Shown here one piece after another: positions 1-12,829 of a stretch of DNA of 64,000 bases. The stretch lies in assembly GCA_002104905.1 (NCBI GenBank), contig MCFE01000154.1, positions 88,365-152,364 on the forward strand, written 5' to 3'. Position 1 is the first letter of the stretch. Each line of letters starts with the position of its first letter. Under the pieces are notes generated by a model, which worked only from the letters and a program-made list of their open reading frames with translations, did not search any database and was not told the DNA's origin. The DNA comes from Basidiobolus meristosporus CBS 931.73 (lineage: Eukaryota; Fungi; Basidiobolomycota). The position numbers and the translations under genes are program-made.

Positions 1-2941
1 TGTCACCTTGCGCAAACTGAGTCAGGTGAGTTTGTGATGCCTTTAGGCTCACCTCAGCCTTCTGAATATGGCATGCAGAGTGATAGCTCTGATAAAGAAG
101 ATTCACTGATGGATTTTGAGCCTATCTCCCCTAACAACAGTACCACGTATGAGCCCGGTCAAATCCCTATATGCAATGAGACAACACCTGTTGAGACAAA
201 TGCCAAGGATACTTTATGGAGCCAAGTGAGCCCAGTAACCCATCTACTGGTGAATGATGTGATGTTCTGGCTAGAGAAGTGGTGTGTTTCCACTTATATC
301 AGTAATGGGGCTTTGAGGATTTATTACTACTTCTTGCCAAAATCATACTGGGATGCAACTTACCATGTACATGGTACAAGTGGACAACTGTCATGAGGCT
401 GGCAACATATGATCCAGAAACTGTCCTGATTCCAGCATGTGTTAACAATTGCATGGCATTAACATCCAAAAATGCTACCATTGCAATGTGTCCAAATTGT
501 CAGAATCCACCACCATTGAGGGAAAACATTGTTCACACTCCGGATATATTCCGGTCATACCCTGTCTGAGAAAGCTGATGCAGTCCGACAAATATTGCAA
601 AGCTATACAGTACCGCACTCAGTATCAATCAAGCGCAAACATATCTGATATGTTTGATGGCAAACATTACAAACAGCTAAGAAGCAAGGGCTACTTTGAA
701 GGTATGTATGACCATGCCTTTGCTTTAGCACATGATGGATTCTCATTAAACAAGTACTCTACCAGCAAATCCTGCTGGCCACTGATTCTCATCAATCTGA
801 ATCTGCCGCCCATCTTACAGTATCATAGCAATAATCTGATGGTAGTCTCACTGGTATCTGGGCCTAAATTACCGTCCAACCTGGATAGCTACCTGTATCC
901 ATTGCTGAATGAATTTTGTATGCTTTCCAGCGGGATAACGGTGAATAGCTGTCATGTAAAAGCGCATATTATTATCTGCATTGGAGATACCCCAGCCATC
1001 AGCAAGATAGCAGGTTTTTCCAGGCACAATGGACGGTATTGCTGTTAAACGTGTGAGATCCAGGGGATTTACTCCATAACTCACACACATTATTATTATC
1101 CAAACACCAGCACTAAGAACATCATCTTTCCACAGAGAGAACGTGCAGAAGTAAGCATGCAATTGCAGCAAAGTTGGCAAGCTATAAGCCATTGGCCGGT
1201 ATATGGAATCAATCAGAAACCAGAGATACTTAAGATTGAGGGTATCTGTTGGAGCAAAAGCTTTCCACAGGGAGCTATGCACTTGCTTTTCAACAATATC
1301 CCTATACTGATGAACAAGTTGTACATGGGGCATTTAAAGCTAAATGAGCCCTTCAAGATGCCGGAGAAATTTGAAAAAATTGGCAAGATATTTTAGAGTA
1401 TCTGCTACCCTAAGTACTTCTTACGGGCCCCAATTAATATTCATACACATATGCAACAATACAAATGCAAAGACTGGATGAACTGGATTTGTATTTATTC
1501 AAGTGGTGTTCTGAAGCCATTCCTACCAAGAGTATATTGGAAGCATTGGGAGTCATATGTGGACATTGTAGGAATATTTATCCACAAGCAGATCACCAAT
1601 GCCAACTTGACGCATCTACAGCTGTTGTGTGAGGAGTTTGTGATGGGATTTGAGCGGCTATACTACAAACATAAAGCTGAATGTGTAGATATCTGCCGCT
1701 ACTGTATCCATTCTCTACTCCATCTTGCACAGTGTGTGGAGAATATTGGGCCTTGCTTCACCTTTTGTGAGTTTCCTATGGAGCGGATGTGTGGGGAGAT
1801 AGGAAGACAAGTCAAGTTGCAGGTACTACCATATCCCAATATCATCAAGAATATTACCTTCAAGTCCATCATGGATGTGATGAGTTGGCACATGGAGGAC
1901 AGCCAGAAAGAGTTGGAAAATACTGAGGGCAAATGTGCATGTGGAGACACCTATGCCTATGGCATTAAGAAGCTAAGCAGCCCCAATGCGTGGGCAATCA
2001 GTTAAGTAATGCAAAGTTGGGTTGGGTGCAACAAGCAACTAATTTTTATCAGGAAAACTCCACCAAGATATGCCGGATTTCTTGTGGTCACAAGCCAACT
2101 TCTACACCATTCAACATGGAATTCACACAAACAAAAGCCAGAGCGCACCTATAAGGGGGACTAGAATCCAGCAGGGAGAAGGAATATATTGGCTAAATAC
2201 CAAGAAGTTCTTTGTGGATATTCAGGAGGTATTCATGGCAGAAGTGGCAACAACCAAGCATATTTTTGCAAGATGTATATGCTACCAGCAGTACAAGGTA
2301 TATGGCAACTTTGCAAGTATCACGCTAAAAAGCCGTAAAGTTGAGGTGATAGAAGTATGTCAATTGCGGCAGGTGTGCATGTTTGTAGAGGTTAGTAAGC
2401 AGGGGGCCATAGTTTTTTTTGATTCAAACTATATGTGGAATACCCAAGGTAGTAGTGGGTAAGCAAATAAAGAAAGGTGATTCTACAGTGGAATATATGA
2501 ATTGCACAAGGGGAGGTAGAAAAGGGAAATACCATTTGGTAAATTGGTACGGTGGCATTATACATAACCAGCAGCAGGCTGTCATACTGCTATAAAAAAT
2601 GCCATCAGAGTCTTGCTGTGAGGCCGTCAAAATACCGTCAAGCTTCTTGCCATATAAGGCAATTGGAAGTCCTGGCCAACTGGATCCACTTAAAATAGTA
2701 ATAGAGCGCTGAAAGACCGCAACAATAACATGCAAATATTGTCACAGCACCAATCAAAAATTGTCAAGTTTTATCCCTTTATTTGGCTGAAAAATTTGCA
2801 AAACACCATCATGATCTTGTTATAAGATTGTCAGAAGGGTCACTAATTCCAAGCTGCTGCTATTATGATGGTCTCTGAACGGGATCTTGACGGATGATCC
2901 GGATTGGATCCACCCGCGGGACCAAATTATTTTTCATAGGG
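1..2941 (+). mobile_element. CACTA/En-Spm (CMC)-type DNA transposon, copy 1; left part outside window, degenerate
   Basis: Frameshifted transposase pieces (34-2462) with Transposase_21-like DGFSLNKY...WPLILINLNLPP and DUF4218-like HSLLHLA...FPMERMCG motifs. Right terminus ...AAATTATTTTTCATAGGG at 2941 is the same as the copy-2 terminus at 21860. Confidence 0.85.
34..2462 (+). pseudogene. CACTA transposase pseudogene (copy 1)
   Basis: ORFs 34-396, 449-1048, 1157-1396, 1451-2005 and 2070-2462 form one reading path broken by stops and frameshifts, collinear with 18694-21359. Confidence 0.85.
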
Positions 2942-3714
2942 TATAGTCTCTTCTAATGTTTCTAAGTTATTAGACTTGTTCCATCGTACCGTGCCAGGGC
3001 GCGCGGCGCAATCCGCGGTCGCAAAGAACGATTGGGCGCGATATTATGGCTACCAGAAGACAGGATCGTTCTTGGACGATTTTGCACTATGCGGGACAAT
3101 CTTGCACACTATGGCACAATCTGACACGATGAGGTTGGCACGGATGATCGCACCAACTTGTAATGTTTGCATCACGTGCGCGATCGGATACCGCTATAAT
3201 GGCAGGTAAAATCCGGTATTTGGATATGTTTCTTTAATGTAAATGGAAATAAATGTGTATCACACTATAAACTATACTGATACTTACCATTTTGGTTACC
3301 CTCACTCCAATTGGACGGTATCTCAGTGGTTAATTGGTCCAAAAGTATCCTGAAGCTGGCATCCCCCAATTGGCTCATTGACTACTAAAAAAGCTACCTG
3401 ATTTGCCAACAAATATCCCATTTTGCCCATTGAGCAAGTAAATCCCTGATCCTAGTGATTGGGCTAGGTGTCATAGCTAGCACTCAAGCGATCGTGTAGG
3501 TGCGGAACAGATCCAATTGCTGCACTGGTATTACAGATGACGTATATATATGCAGGGTGTTTATTTATAGGGGTTCTGTCTCAAATGTGAGACAACCTTG
3601 ATATTACTTATATCAAAAATTTGATGATCACTGATTTGCAATGGCTCGATTTGGATCGCAAAAAAAAAGGGTTGTCGGGATCATTACAAATGTGAGCGAT
3701 TCAAAGCAATCGCA

Positions 3715-4869
3715 TCATCTTCTCCTGGGTTTTTTTCTCACAGGGATTACTACTGAAGCATTTGGTAGTGACTCACTTTGCACACCTATACTACTTCCAG
3801 GCTGACTATCATCTTGGCTACTTGTGTATTTGTAGTCAGTATTTTGCCTCCTAGTTGATGACTGCGATGCTGCAGCTTGGCCGCGCTGAATTGCTCCGAC
3901 TGAACTAACTGAACCGGCCTGTAGTGCCACGCGCTGACGCGTTCTTTTACTTGCCAAGGGCTCTGGTGGTTGAGGCACTTCATGTTGGTCATCATCAGTC
4001 AGTTCACCAGAAGTAATTCGCTGATGGTCGGGCAAAACGGCACGCACAGGCGCGCCTTGACGCGTTGAGATGGCCCTTGGCTGAGTTTGATGGGATGCCG
4101 CATGTTGACGCGACTCGGTCCGCTCCAATGGACTCGTGTCTAAATGAGCAGTTTGGCGAGTTCTCGTAGTTTTGCTCTGAAGCGCGCGCGTTGACCCGAC
4201 GCGCGTTGACTCGACGCAGGGCGTTCTGGTAAAGGGTGTTGGCGTGGTCTGGACTGACGTGCGCCGGTGCGCTGTGGTTGCAAGAGATGGTAGGGAATCC
4301 AGCGAGGCGTGCTGGCGCGATCTGGACGATGTTGCCCGCGGTCTGTATTCTTCCTCCTGAAGCTCACCATCTGATTCCTCAAGGTATTGACTTACCCTCT
4401 GTCTGATACTTTGGAGCTGTTGCCTGGATGAGTCCTGTGTATATTGCTCTCGGAAGCCACTTAGCTCTACTAATATATCACGTAGTACATTAGTCATTTG
4501 AGGCAAAAACTCATTCAAAATCTCTTTGGTTCCCAAAGTTGAGGCACGAACGGACGCGTCCGGCCCGTACTGGGCAAATTGCGCGCGAAATTGTTCCCGC
4601 GCGGCTTCTTTGTCAAATCCCCTCACTCTCAGCTCATTCTTGATTTCAATACTTGTCTTGTTATATATCTTTTTACATACATCGGCTGGCATCTTGATGT
4701 AGAACTCATGCCACAGCTTTCTACTCAAATTCTTCCATCTTTGTCGACTCTCTGAGGTATCTAGTTCTGCTAGATTAATCAGTAGTGCCCAAATATCTGT
4801 ATGAAGGCTCATCATAGACACTTGGGCCATACTAAAATCATTTGGCAAGAACTCAAATGGATCCGACAT
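3715..4869 (-). CDS. Accessory protein of the PHIS element; possible Myb/SANT-like N-terminal region then a long low-complexity S/T/R/Q tail
   Basis: Open ORF 3715-4962; first ATG at 4869 (MSDPFEF). IWALL...RQRWKNLSRKLW...DVCKKIYNK resembles trihelix/MADF-type spacing. C-terminal basic motif RKKPRRR. A second Myb/SANT ORF is the norm for Harbingers. Confidence 0.65.
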   Translation of the reverse strand: MSDPFEFLPNDFSMAQVSMMSLHTDIWALLINLAELDTSESRQRWKNLSRKLWHEFYIKMPADVCKKIYNKTSIEIKNELRVRGFDKEAAREQFRAQFAQYGPDASVRASTLGTKEILNEFLPQMTNVLRDILVELSGFREQYTQDSSRQQLQSIRQRVSQYLEESDGELQEEEYRPRATSSRSRQHASLDSLPSLATTAHRRTSVQTTPTPFTRTPCVESTRVGSTRALQSKTTRTRQTAHLDTSPLERTESRQHAASHQTQPRAISTRQGAPVRAVLPDHQRITSGELTDDDQHEVPQPPEPLASKRTRQRVALQAGSVSSVGAIQRGQAAASQSSTRRQNTDYKYTSSQDDSQPGSSIGVQSESLPNASVVIPVRKKPRRR

Positions 4870-5321
4870 CGACTTTTCCGGTCCGGACCGCGCTTGTGAG
4901 CTGGGGGATGGGTTTTGTCTGGGTTGTACTAAAGATGAGTTGAGGCTTGGTATGGGGACCATAGCAACGGATTTGGATACTTATACAGTAGTATATTGGC
5001 ATCAACCTGGTCTTATATGAAATATATATGAAAACTAATGTGATTGTTGAATTTTCCATATGTTATGCATGATGCATCTCGGATTGCGTTGACACGGATC
5101 AGATCACATCAATCGCAGATTTCCTATTTGATTATAGACCTATGATTAAAGCATCAATAAAAGTACCAAGGCATTGTTTGCGGATGATTCTTGCAACATA
5201 ATGATGGTATACATGGCAATTGATGGAGATTTAACCATAATGTGTTAAAAATCAGATAAATAACGCGGATTGCGCCGAATCAATTCAAACCGCCTTTATA
5301 CGATCATCCATCAATTTTAAT

Positions 5322-6206
5322 ATGACTTACTCATCTGAATGGTCTTTTCTCATCAATCCCATCACTACCACTGGATTTCCTTTTGACACACTGGAGGAGA
5401 TCTATACCAAGTACTGTGGACCATCAACCCCAATCTACTCAAGGAGATCCCTTGTTAAGCTTCTCTGCTATTACAAGAACTATTGCCCTACAAGGTTTCA
5501 TCCCACCATCCATGGCAACAAAAGTCCTAGAAGCTTTCATTCCCAGCTGACAGCAATGGAGAACCACCTTGCAGAGGGTATGAATGACTTAGAGCAAGCT
5601 TGGAATACTAGGTTCAGAAGCTCCAATAGACTTCCATATCCCAGAGTGTTCAGCAATAGGTTCCATATCAGGAGTATTTTGGATACCTTCCCAGTGAGGA
5701 TTAACAGACCTTCTAGAGGGCAGAGGCACTTTTATTCTGGCAAGTACAAGGCACACTGTGTGAAGTTTCAAGCACTGTCTGACATTGAGGGCAACATCAT
5801 CTGGTTTAGTGGGCCATTTGCTGGAAGTAGGCATGACAAAGCACTCTGGGTAGAGAATCATCCTGAATTCAGTAGAGGGGAGAAATGTATGGCAGACTTA
5901 GCCTATATAGGAGAGGATTGTCAGAGATTAGGATGTATTACAGCTTATAGGAAGCCAAGAAATGGTGTGCTTAGCAGGAAGCAGAAGCTCTACAATGAGA
6001 TATTTAATCATTTCAGAGTGAGGGTAGAGCACACATTTGGATATCTGAAGAGATTCAGCATATTGGCAGGTAAATACAGAGGAAAGTCATATATAGGTGA
6101 AAACAGCAGGATAGGTAAAATAGTTAAGATACTTATTAATGCACAGTATGTTCATACAAGAAGACATCCACTGAGAGAAATGTGTCTGGAGCATTATGAA
6201 GAGTAA
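5322..6206 (+). CDS. DDE transposase (DDE_Tnp_4-like, PIF/Harbinger/ISL2EU type), 294 aa, open
   Basis: ILDTFPVRINRP...YSGKYKAHCVKFQ, GSRHDK, MADLAYIG, YNEIFNHFRVRVEHTFGYLKRF motifs. Confidence 0.92.
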   Translation: MTYSSEWSFLINPITTTGFPFDTLEEIYTKYCGPSTPIYSRRSLVKLLCYYKNYCPTRFHPTIHGNKSPRSFHSQLTAMENHLAEGMNDLEQAWNTRFRSSNRLPYPRVFSNRFHIRSILDTFPVRINRPSRGQRHFYSGKYKAHCVKFQALSDIEGNIIWFSGPFAGSRHDKALWVENHPEFSRGEKCMADLAYIGEDCQRLGCITAYRKPRNGVLSRKQKLYNEIFNHFRVRVEHTFGYLKRFSILAGKYRGKSYIGENSRIGKIVKILINAQYVHTRRHPLREMCLEHYEE

Positions 6207-6300
6207 ATAAAGCAAGGAAAGCACTATTCTGAGCAACATAAGTAAGATTGAGTAAAATTACCAGTAACTGTATCATACCACTGGCATCATGGTAGAAATT

Positions 6301-6373
6301 ATAGTGCCAGATAGTGCCGTAGAGTGCCAGATCGATCCGGCACTATAAACAGGCTGGCACTATGTGGCACTAT
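6301..6373. repeat. Subterminal inverted array of ATAGTGCC/GGCACTAT motifs
   Basis: ATAGTGCC twice plus AGAGTGCC, then GGCACTAT three times, just inside the right TIR; likely transposase or accessory-protein binding sites (inference). Confidence 0.7.
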
Positions 6374-9300
6374 CCAATGGAACAAGTCTATTGGGGGCTG
6401 TGATAAGAACATCCACTTATAGAGCTAATACAGCTGGATTCTCTCTGTCTGGCTCATAGTATTGACTATAATCAGCATTACTCCTTTTGAAACTCAAAGA
6501 TTCCAAATATGAATCTATCTTGCAATTCCAGGCTCTTGGTGATTGTCAGAGAGCATATAGTGACTTTTAAGCTTGCAGACCAAATGGGGTTTATCTTGGT
6601 CAGCAAACCCATCAGGCTGGTCCATATATATATCCTCAGCAGGTCCTCCATTCAAAAATGCAGTTTTACATCCATTTGATGAACAAGAAACTTGTATTTG
6701 GCTGCAATAGCCAATAATAATCTGATGAAATTAAACTTGGCTACTGGTGCAAAGGTCTCAGTATAGTCAAGTCCTTTTACTTGACAGTATTCTTTGGCCA
6801 CAAGTCTTGCTTTGTAGCTTTCAATTATACCATCAGCCTTTTATTTTGTCTTGAAGACTCATCTGCATCCAATTGATTTGTGGTTGATTGGAAATTTGAT
6901 TAAGTCCCAAGTTTGATTTTCCATCAGGGCCTGATATTCCTCAGTCATTGCAGATCTCCAAAACTTTGTCTGAGCACTATTCAGGGCCTCTTTACAGTCC
7001 AGGGCTCATCAATATGGACTGAATAGGCACAGGCTAAGTTTGTACTCTCATTGATATACTAACTTGGGCTATCTCTTGTCCAATTGGATCTCTGGGCATT
7101 TGATATTGAAATGATCACTTCTGGAATAATCCTGGGCACTGCTTCAGGCTGAACCACAGTTGTAGAGTCCTCTGGAGTGTAAGAATTATCATTGTTTTGC
7201 TCTAATTCAATCCTGATAATTGGTGGACCTGAGATCAGATTTTGTCATCATCTGATGTCATTTTTTGTGAAAACTTTGAGTTTGCATAACACAGCATATC
7301 CCTGGACTTAATCAGCACCTTTGTTATGATATTGTAGAGAGAGAAAGCCTTAAAGTACAAGAAGAAATAGTAAAGTGCCTTCAACTGCATTTGTCTTAAT
7401 GTTAAAGACAAACTGCTAGCTCAATGCTCAAGAACAAAAAAAGCAAAGAATGCCTGGAAGGCATTAGAAGACACCTACCAGTCATTTTCAGCTGCTAAGA
7501 AAATGTATCTGAGACAAAAATTCCTTACTACAAAGATGCTGCCAGGAGAAGAAATGTAAAGTACAGTTAATCAAATTACCCTGCTGGTGGATGAGATGGA
7601 ATCTGTGTGCATACCAACTACTGATGTGGATAGATAGCTACCATCCTGAATAGCCTGACAGACAAGTTTCAAGGCCTTGTATCAGCCCTAGAGTCAAGAA
7701 CTGGAGATCTGACCCTAGATTACATATATGGTAGGCTCCTGGATGAAGAATTAAGAAAATCAAGTGCAAATTAGAAGGAAGAAGAAAATGCAATAATAAG
7801 CAATGATAATCAACAAAGGAGGTACCCAAGACCCTACAAAGGCAACAGCAACCTGTTTTGTAATTACTGCAAAAGGAAAGGACACAGATCAGACTGGTGC
7901 TTCAAAAAGAAAGATAGTCAGCAGAAAAAGCCTGAATATGGAAATGCTTCAACAACTGAAGATAGACTATTGATATCTGCACTATATATGACCACAAACA
8001 TGGATTCTCAGATGTGGTATATTGACTCTGGAGCATCTCAACACTTTGCACACCAAAAAGAGCTTTTTACCCAATATGATGAAATTCCAATTAGGAAGGT
8101 TTTCATGGGTGACAATGGAACACTTGATGCAGTGGGAGAAGGAACTATCCAAGTAAAACTTATAAGCAGTAAAGGAAGCCATACACTGACCTTCAAAAAA
8201 GTACTCTATGTACCAGAAATAGCCAAGATCCTACTGTCTGTAAGCAAGGCCATAGCAGAAGGACTCAGCTTCAGCTTTGACAATTTTGGATGCAAGATCA
8301 CTGTTCAAAATGGTTCCCATATTGCTTTGGGTATCAGAGATCAGAATCAATACAAGTTGACTTATATGCCAACATATCTGGAAGCCAATATAAGTAACTT
8401 AAATGAAGAAACAACAGTGCTTTGGCTCAGGAGATTTTAGCACATCAATTTTGATTATTTGTGCAAAATGATCAAAGATCAGCTAATTTCTGCAGTAAGG
8501 ACTGATCCCCCAGCTAGTTTGGAGCCCTGTGAAGCCTGCAGTTATGGGAAACAAGTCAGACAGCCACTCAAGAGGTCTGGGCTAATCAAAACTAAGAAGA
8601 AATCAGATCTAACTCACTCAGATCTGTGTGGACCTATGCAAAATTTATCCTTAGGTGGGATGAAGTATTTGATCACTTTTATTGATGATTATACAAGATA
8701 CACATGGGTCTACTTCATGTAGAGAAAGGAACAAGCTCTGTTTATGTTCAGGGAGCTCAAAGCCATGATGGAGAGAAAACCTGGTGAAAAATCAAGAAAA
8801 TACGCTTTGATAATGTTGGAGAATATATCTCAAAACTCTTCATCCACTTCTGCAAAATTCATGGGATAAAGCAAGAGACTAGTGTGCCATACTCTCCACA
8901 GCAAAATGGTGTAGTAGAACATGCTAATATATCAATAATTGATATGGCAAGATCTATGATCCATGATCAGAAATTGTCCTCTGATTTTTGGGCGGAATCA
9001 GCTGCCACTGCTGTATATCTTAAAAATAGGAGTTATAATAGAATACGTTGTAATTCTACTCAATTTGAAGCATGGTGTGTATACAAACCAAGCACAGAAC
9101 ATCTAATAATACTTAGGTGCACAGCATATGCCAAGAAATTGCCTGGAAATCAGTCAAAATTTGAGCCAAAAAGTGTAAAATGCATATTTTTGGGTTACTG
9201 CAATGAGAGTAAAGCATACAGACTCTACAATACCAAAGCAAAGAAGCTCATCAAGCCCACAGCTGTGTTGTTTGATGAAAATTCAAAATTTTCACAAAAT

Positions 9301-12132
9301 AGACATCAGATGATAACACAAATCTAATCTCAAGTCCACCAATTGTCAGGATTGAATCAGCGCAAAGTAATAAAATTTTTTCACTCCAGTGGACTCTACA
9401 ACTGTAGTTCAGCCTGAAGCAGCGCCCAGATATATCCCAGAAGTGCTCATTCCAGTATCAAATGTATGGAGATCCAATTGGACAAGAAATAGCCCAAGTT
9501 ACTATATCAATGAGAGTACAAACTCAGCATATGCCTATTCAGTCGATATTGATGAACCCTGGACTGTAAAGAGGCCCTAAATAGCCCTCAGACAAAGCTT
9601 TGGAGATCTGCAATGACTGAGGAATATCAGGCCCTGATGGAAAATCAAACTTGGGACTTAGTCAAATTTCCAATCAACCAAAAATCAATTGGATGCAGAT
9701 GGGTCTTCAAGACAAAATACAAGGCTGATGGTATAGTTGAAAGTTACAAAGCAAGACTTGTGGCCAAAGGATACTGTAAAACAAAAGGACTTGACTATAC
9801 TGAGACCTTTGCACCAGTAGCCAAGTTTAATTCCATCAGATCATTATTGGCTGTTGCAAACAAATACAAGTTTCTTGTTCATCAAATGGATGTAAAACTG
9901 CATTTTTGAATGTAGAACCTGATGAGGATTTATATATGGACCAGCCTGATGGGTTTGCTGACCAAGATAACCCCCATTTGGTCTGCAAGCTTAAAAGTCA
10001 CTATATGCTCTCAGACAATCACCAAGAGTTTGTAATTGCAAGATGGATTCTTATTTGGAATCCTTGAGTTTCAAAAGGAGTAATGCTGACTATAGTATAT
10101 ACTATAAGCCAGAGAGTGCAAGTCCAGTTCTATTAGCTCTATATGTGGATGATCTTATATCTATGAAAAATTATTGAGATGATCCCATCAAATGGCTGTC
10201 ACAAAGTTAGAGTCCCATGACTAAGAGGTACTGATCTTGCTGGAACACCGGTTAGAGACCGTTGAAAAATAATTGCACCCCAGATTTCATAAAAAACTTA
10301 GTCAAAATTTTTCATCACAACAATGTATAAGTGGCTTTTGATTGGTTCCCTGCCAATTTGCTTACTTTCTGATCCTGAACACTCTATCACCTCCTACATT
10401 TGTGTGAATTGATTGGCTACTGCCTCTTTTTCACACTCCTTACTTCCTGCCTCAACCATTTCTCCTATGTTTCATGTGTACCAATTGATTTATTTCCATT
10501 GAAACTTCAGTTGTACCTCAATTGCCAATTGTATTGACCTATACAAGTCCCTGTACCCTACACTAACATTAAGCCCAACCCCACACTCAACAAGTAACTC
10601 CATTAAAATGCACCACTCAATATGTATTTCTGCTGTGATGCTCTGGTTCCACAACTTTGGCGGGAACCCAATGGCTTTATGCCACTGTTCACTCACTGGT
10701 TCCCACAAGGCCTGGTCTTCAGCTAGCACTGCAAGGTCTAACTTCTCATCTGCCAATCTTTGCAATAAATCCTTGCAATATTCCAGTGCATTTTCTTGAG
10801 CACTGCTCTTGAAGAAGTGCTGCAACCTCTTGGTGTGCCTATTAATGTTCCAAAACTCCACTGAAGGCATTGTGATAGTCTTTTGAGTTCTTGACATTGT
10901 GGTCTTGTCTGTCAGTGGGATCTCCACTCTGTCAACAATGGAGGCTGTGGTAGACAAATTGGCTTTTTCAGTAAACTCATCTACCTTGCTGGAGTGTAGC
11001 TCAACTGGCTGCGCTTCCAACTCCTGTGAAAACAGCTGTTTTCTTGTTGGTAATTCTTCTTGGCTATGATGGGATTCAGTCTGTTCCTGGCTTGCAGTGT
11101 TAATTGGCAGAGCTGCAGGCTTTTTTTGCATGCCTCTCTGTCTCAGGCTTGGGTAGACATTTTTCCCTTACCTTTTCCATTATCACTGCCAGATCTTTCA
11201 CTGTTACTTTGTCTGAGTGCTTCTTGTAAAGAACTACATTTTTGCCTGGATAAATTCTGCTCTGATGCATCTGTTTTGGCCTGTTTGTCCCTTGCTGGCA
11301 CTCTTCTGGCAACCTGACATTTCTTTTCTGCTTTTTTTGAGCTCCCAACTGTAGTTATGGCAGGCACCTGTAAGAGCAGCTGGTTTTTATCACTGCCAGG
11401 TCCTTCACTGCTACTTTGACTAGGTGCCTGTTGAGTGGTACTATGCCTTTTCTTGATAAATATTGTGCTGGTGCATCTGTGTCTGCCTGGTTGTCCCTAA
11501 TTGGTACTCTTCCAGCTACCTAATGTCTCTTTGATGCTTGTCTGGAGCTTGTGGCCCTGCATGTAACAGGCTCTTGAGGAAGCCACTTGTATTTAGCCAT
11601 GGCACCCTTGTTCTTCTGCCTTTGATAGTTTCTGCTATTTTTAAGATACTTTCTTAGCATACCAATGCTTGCCCAATATCTGTTAGCCTGTTTGAATCCA
11701 GGATAATGCTCATGGAACAAGTCAAGTGCATTCTGTTTGGCCTTGAGTTCCTGATGATCCCTTGGTATGCTGGCCTTAAGGTGATGGCATGCTAGACTTC
11801 TGACAGCCTCTTGTATATTAGCCCACTCTTCATTATTGCATTCAATGGCTTCACAGATCTTCTATGTCTTTTCATTTTTAGGCTTTGGTTTAAACACCAC
11901 ATTGTCTCCCTCCCATGCTGTGATAGGTTCATCTGTGGGCTTTATCTTCAGGGACTGTTGTTGTGCTTTAAAGTCTGCATGGTGTTCTTATGCTATTACA
12001 CTAGGAAATAGCTCAATTCTTGGCTGTGACATTGAGCTACTTGAGTTCCTTCTTTGCAGCAAAAATACTGCTCTCTCTACCTTGAATATTGATTACTCTA
12101 CATGTATTATCTGCTCATCCTGTTTCTGGGCT

Positions 12133-12829
12133 TGTTGTATCCAAGAGAAAGTGTAATAAAACTCTTGAATGGTTTAACTGAACCAAAGGGACAATTAAGT
12201 GCAGAATCTTAGAATTGTCAGAGAGTGGTGGAAATATTAGCAGAAAGATTCTGATCTAATATTGGTCTTGGATATAGCTGGGTTGGCTATAAAGGCAATG
12301 ATATTTGTTTGCTAGGCAGGCTAGGCTTGGTGTTCTTTGGAGTGCTAGATATACTAGGCTTGGATAGAAACTAGAACAGAATTGCTGGATTCTTATTTTT
12401 GCTGAGACAGAATCTTAATTTTGTTGAGACACACACTAAACCAAAAGGTTCAGTAAACTTTATTTATACTTTTCTGATCAAGTTGAATTAGTCAGCACCA
12501 AGGGACTGGATTGATTGAAATCAATTTGAGTGTTCATAGGTGCATAAGATAAATGAAAATTACATCATCAATCAAATGATGTCTTGGCAACTGCACAGTG
12601 GTTAGATAGATCTCAGATGACTAATCACCTGGGAAGGCTTGGCAGATAGGCTGATAACATAATGACCATTTGAAAAGAGATCAGGTGTGATAGCTAAAAA
12701 TAGATTCTGAGGTGGGATAAAATAAACTGTAACTGGGATTTGTTATGTTTGAGTTAGGGAAAATCAGTTAAGGTACTAGATTTTCAAACGGAGTAAAATT
12801 GGCTAAGTTTTAAATGTTGATGCAGAACA
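12133..12829 (-). repeat. Ty3 3' LTR
   Basis: Direct repeat of 17355-18051; about 13 substitutions by manual count, mostly transitions. Confidence 0.95.

Larger units (their letters stand above)
2972..6389. mobile_element. PIF/Harbinger-superfamily (PHIS) DNA transposon, ~3.4 kb, two divergent ORFs, 13-bp TIR, 3-bp ATT/AAT TSD
   Basis: AGACTTGTTCCAT at 2972-2984 and ATGGAACAAGTCT at 6377-6389. ATT on both flanks (2969-2971, 6390-6392). Removing the element and one ATT restores the copia RT frame. Confidence 0.9.
2942..7320 (-). mobile_element. Ty1/copia fragment (integrase-RT linker and RT), interrupted by the element at 2972-6389 and cut by CACTA copy 1 at 2941
   Basis: Reverse complement of 6390-7300 aligns by eye with the plus-strand copia at ~9250-10158. 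Reverse complement of 2942-2971 continues the same RT (AAT AAC TTA GAA ACA TTA GAA GAG ACT), matching 21875-21900. Confidence 0.85.
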
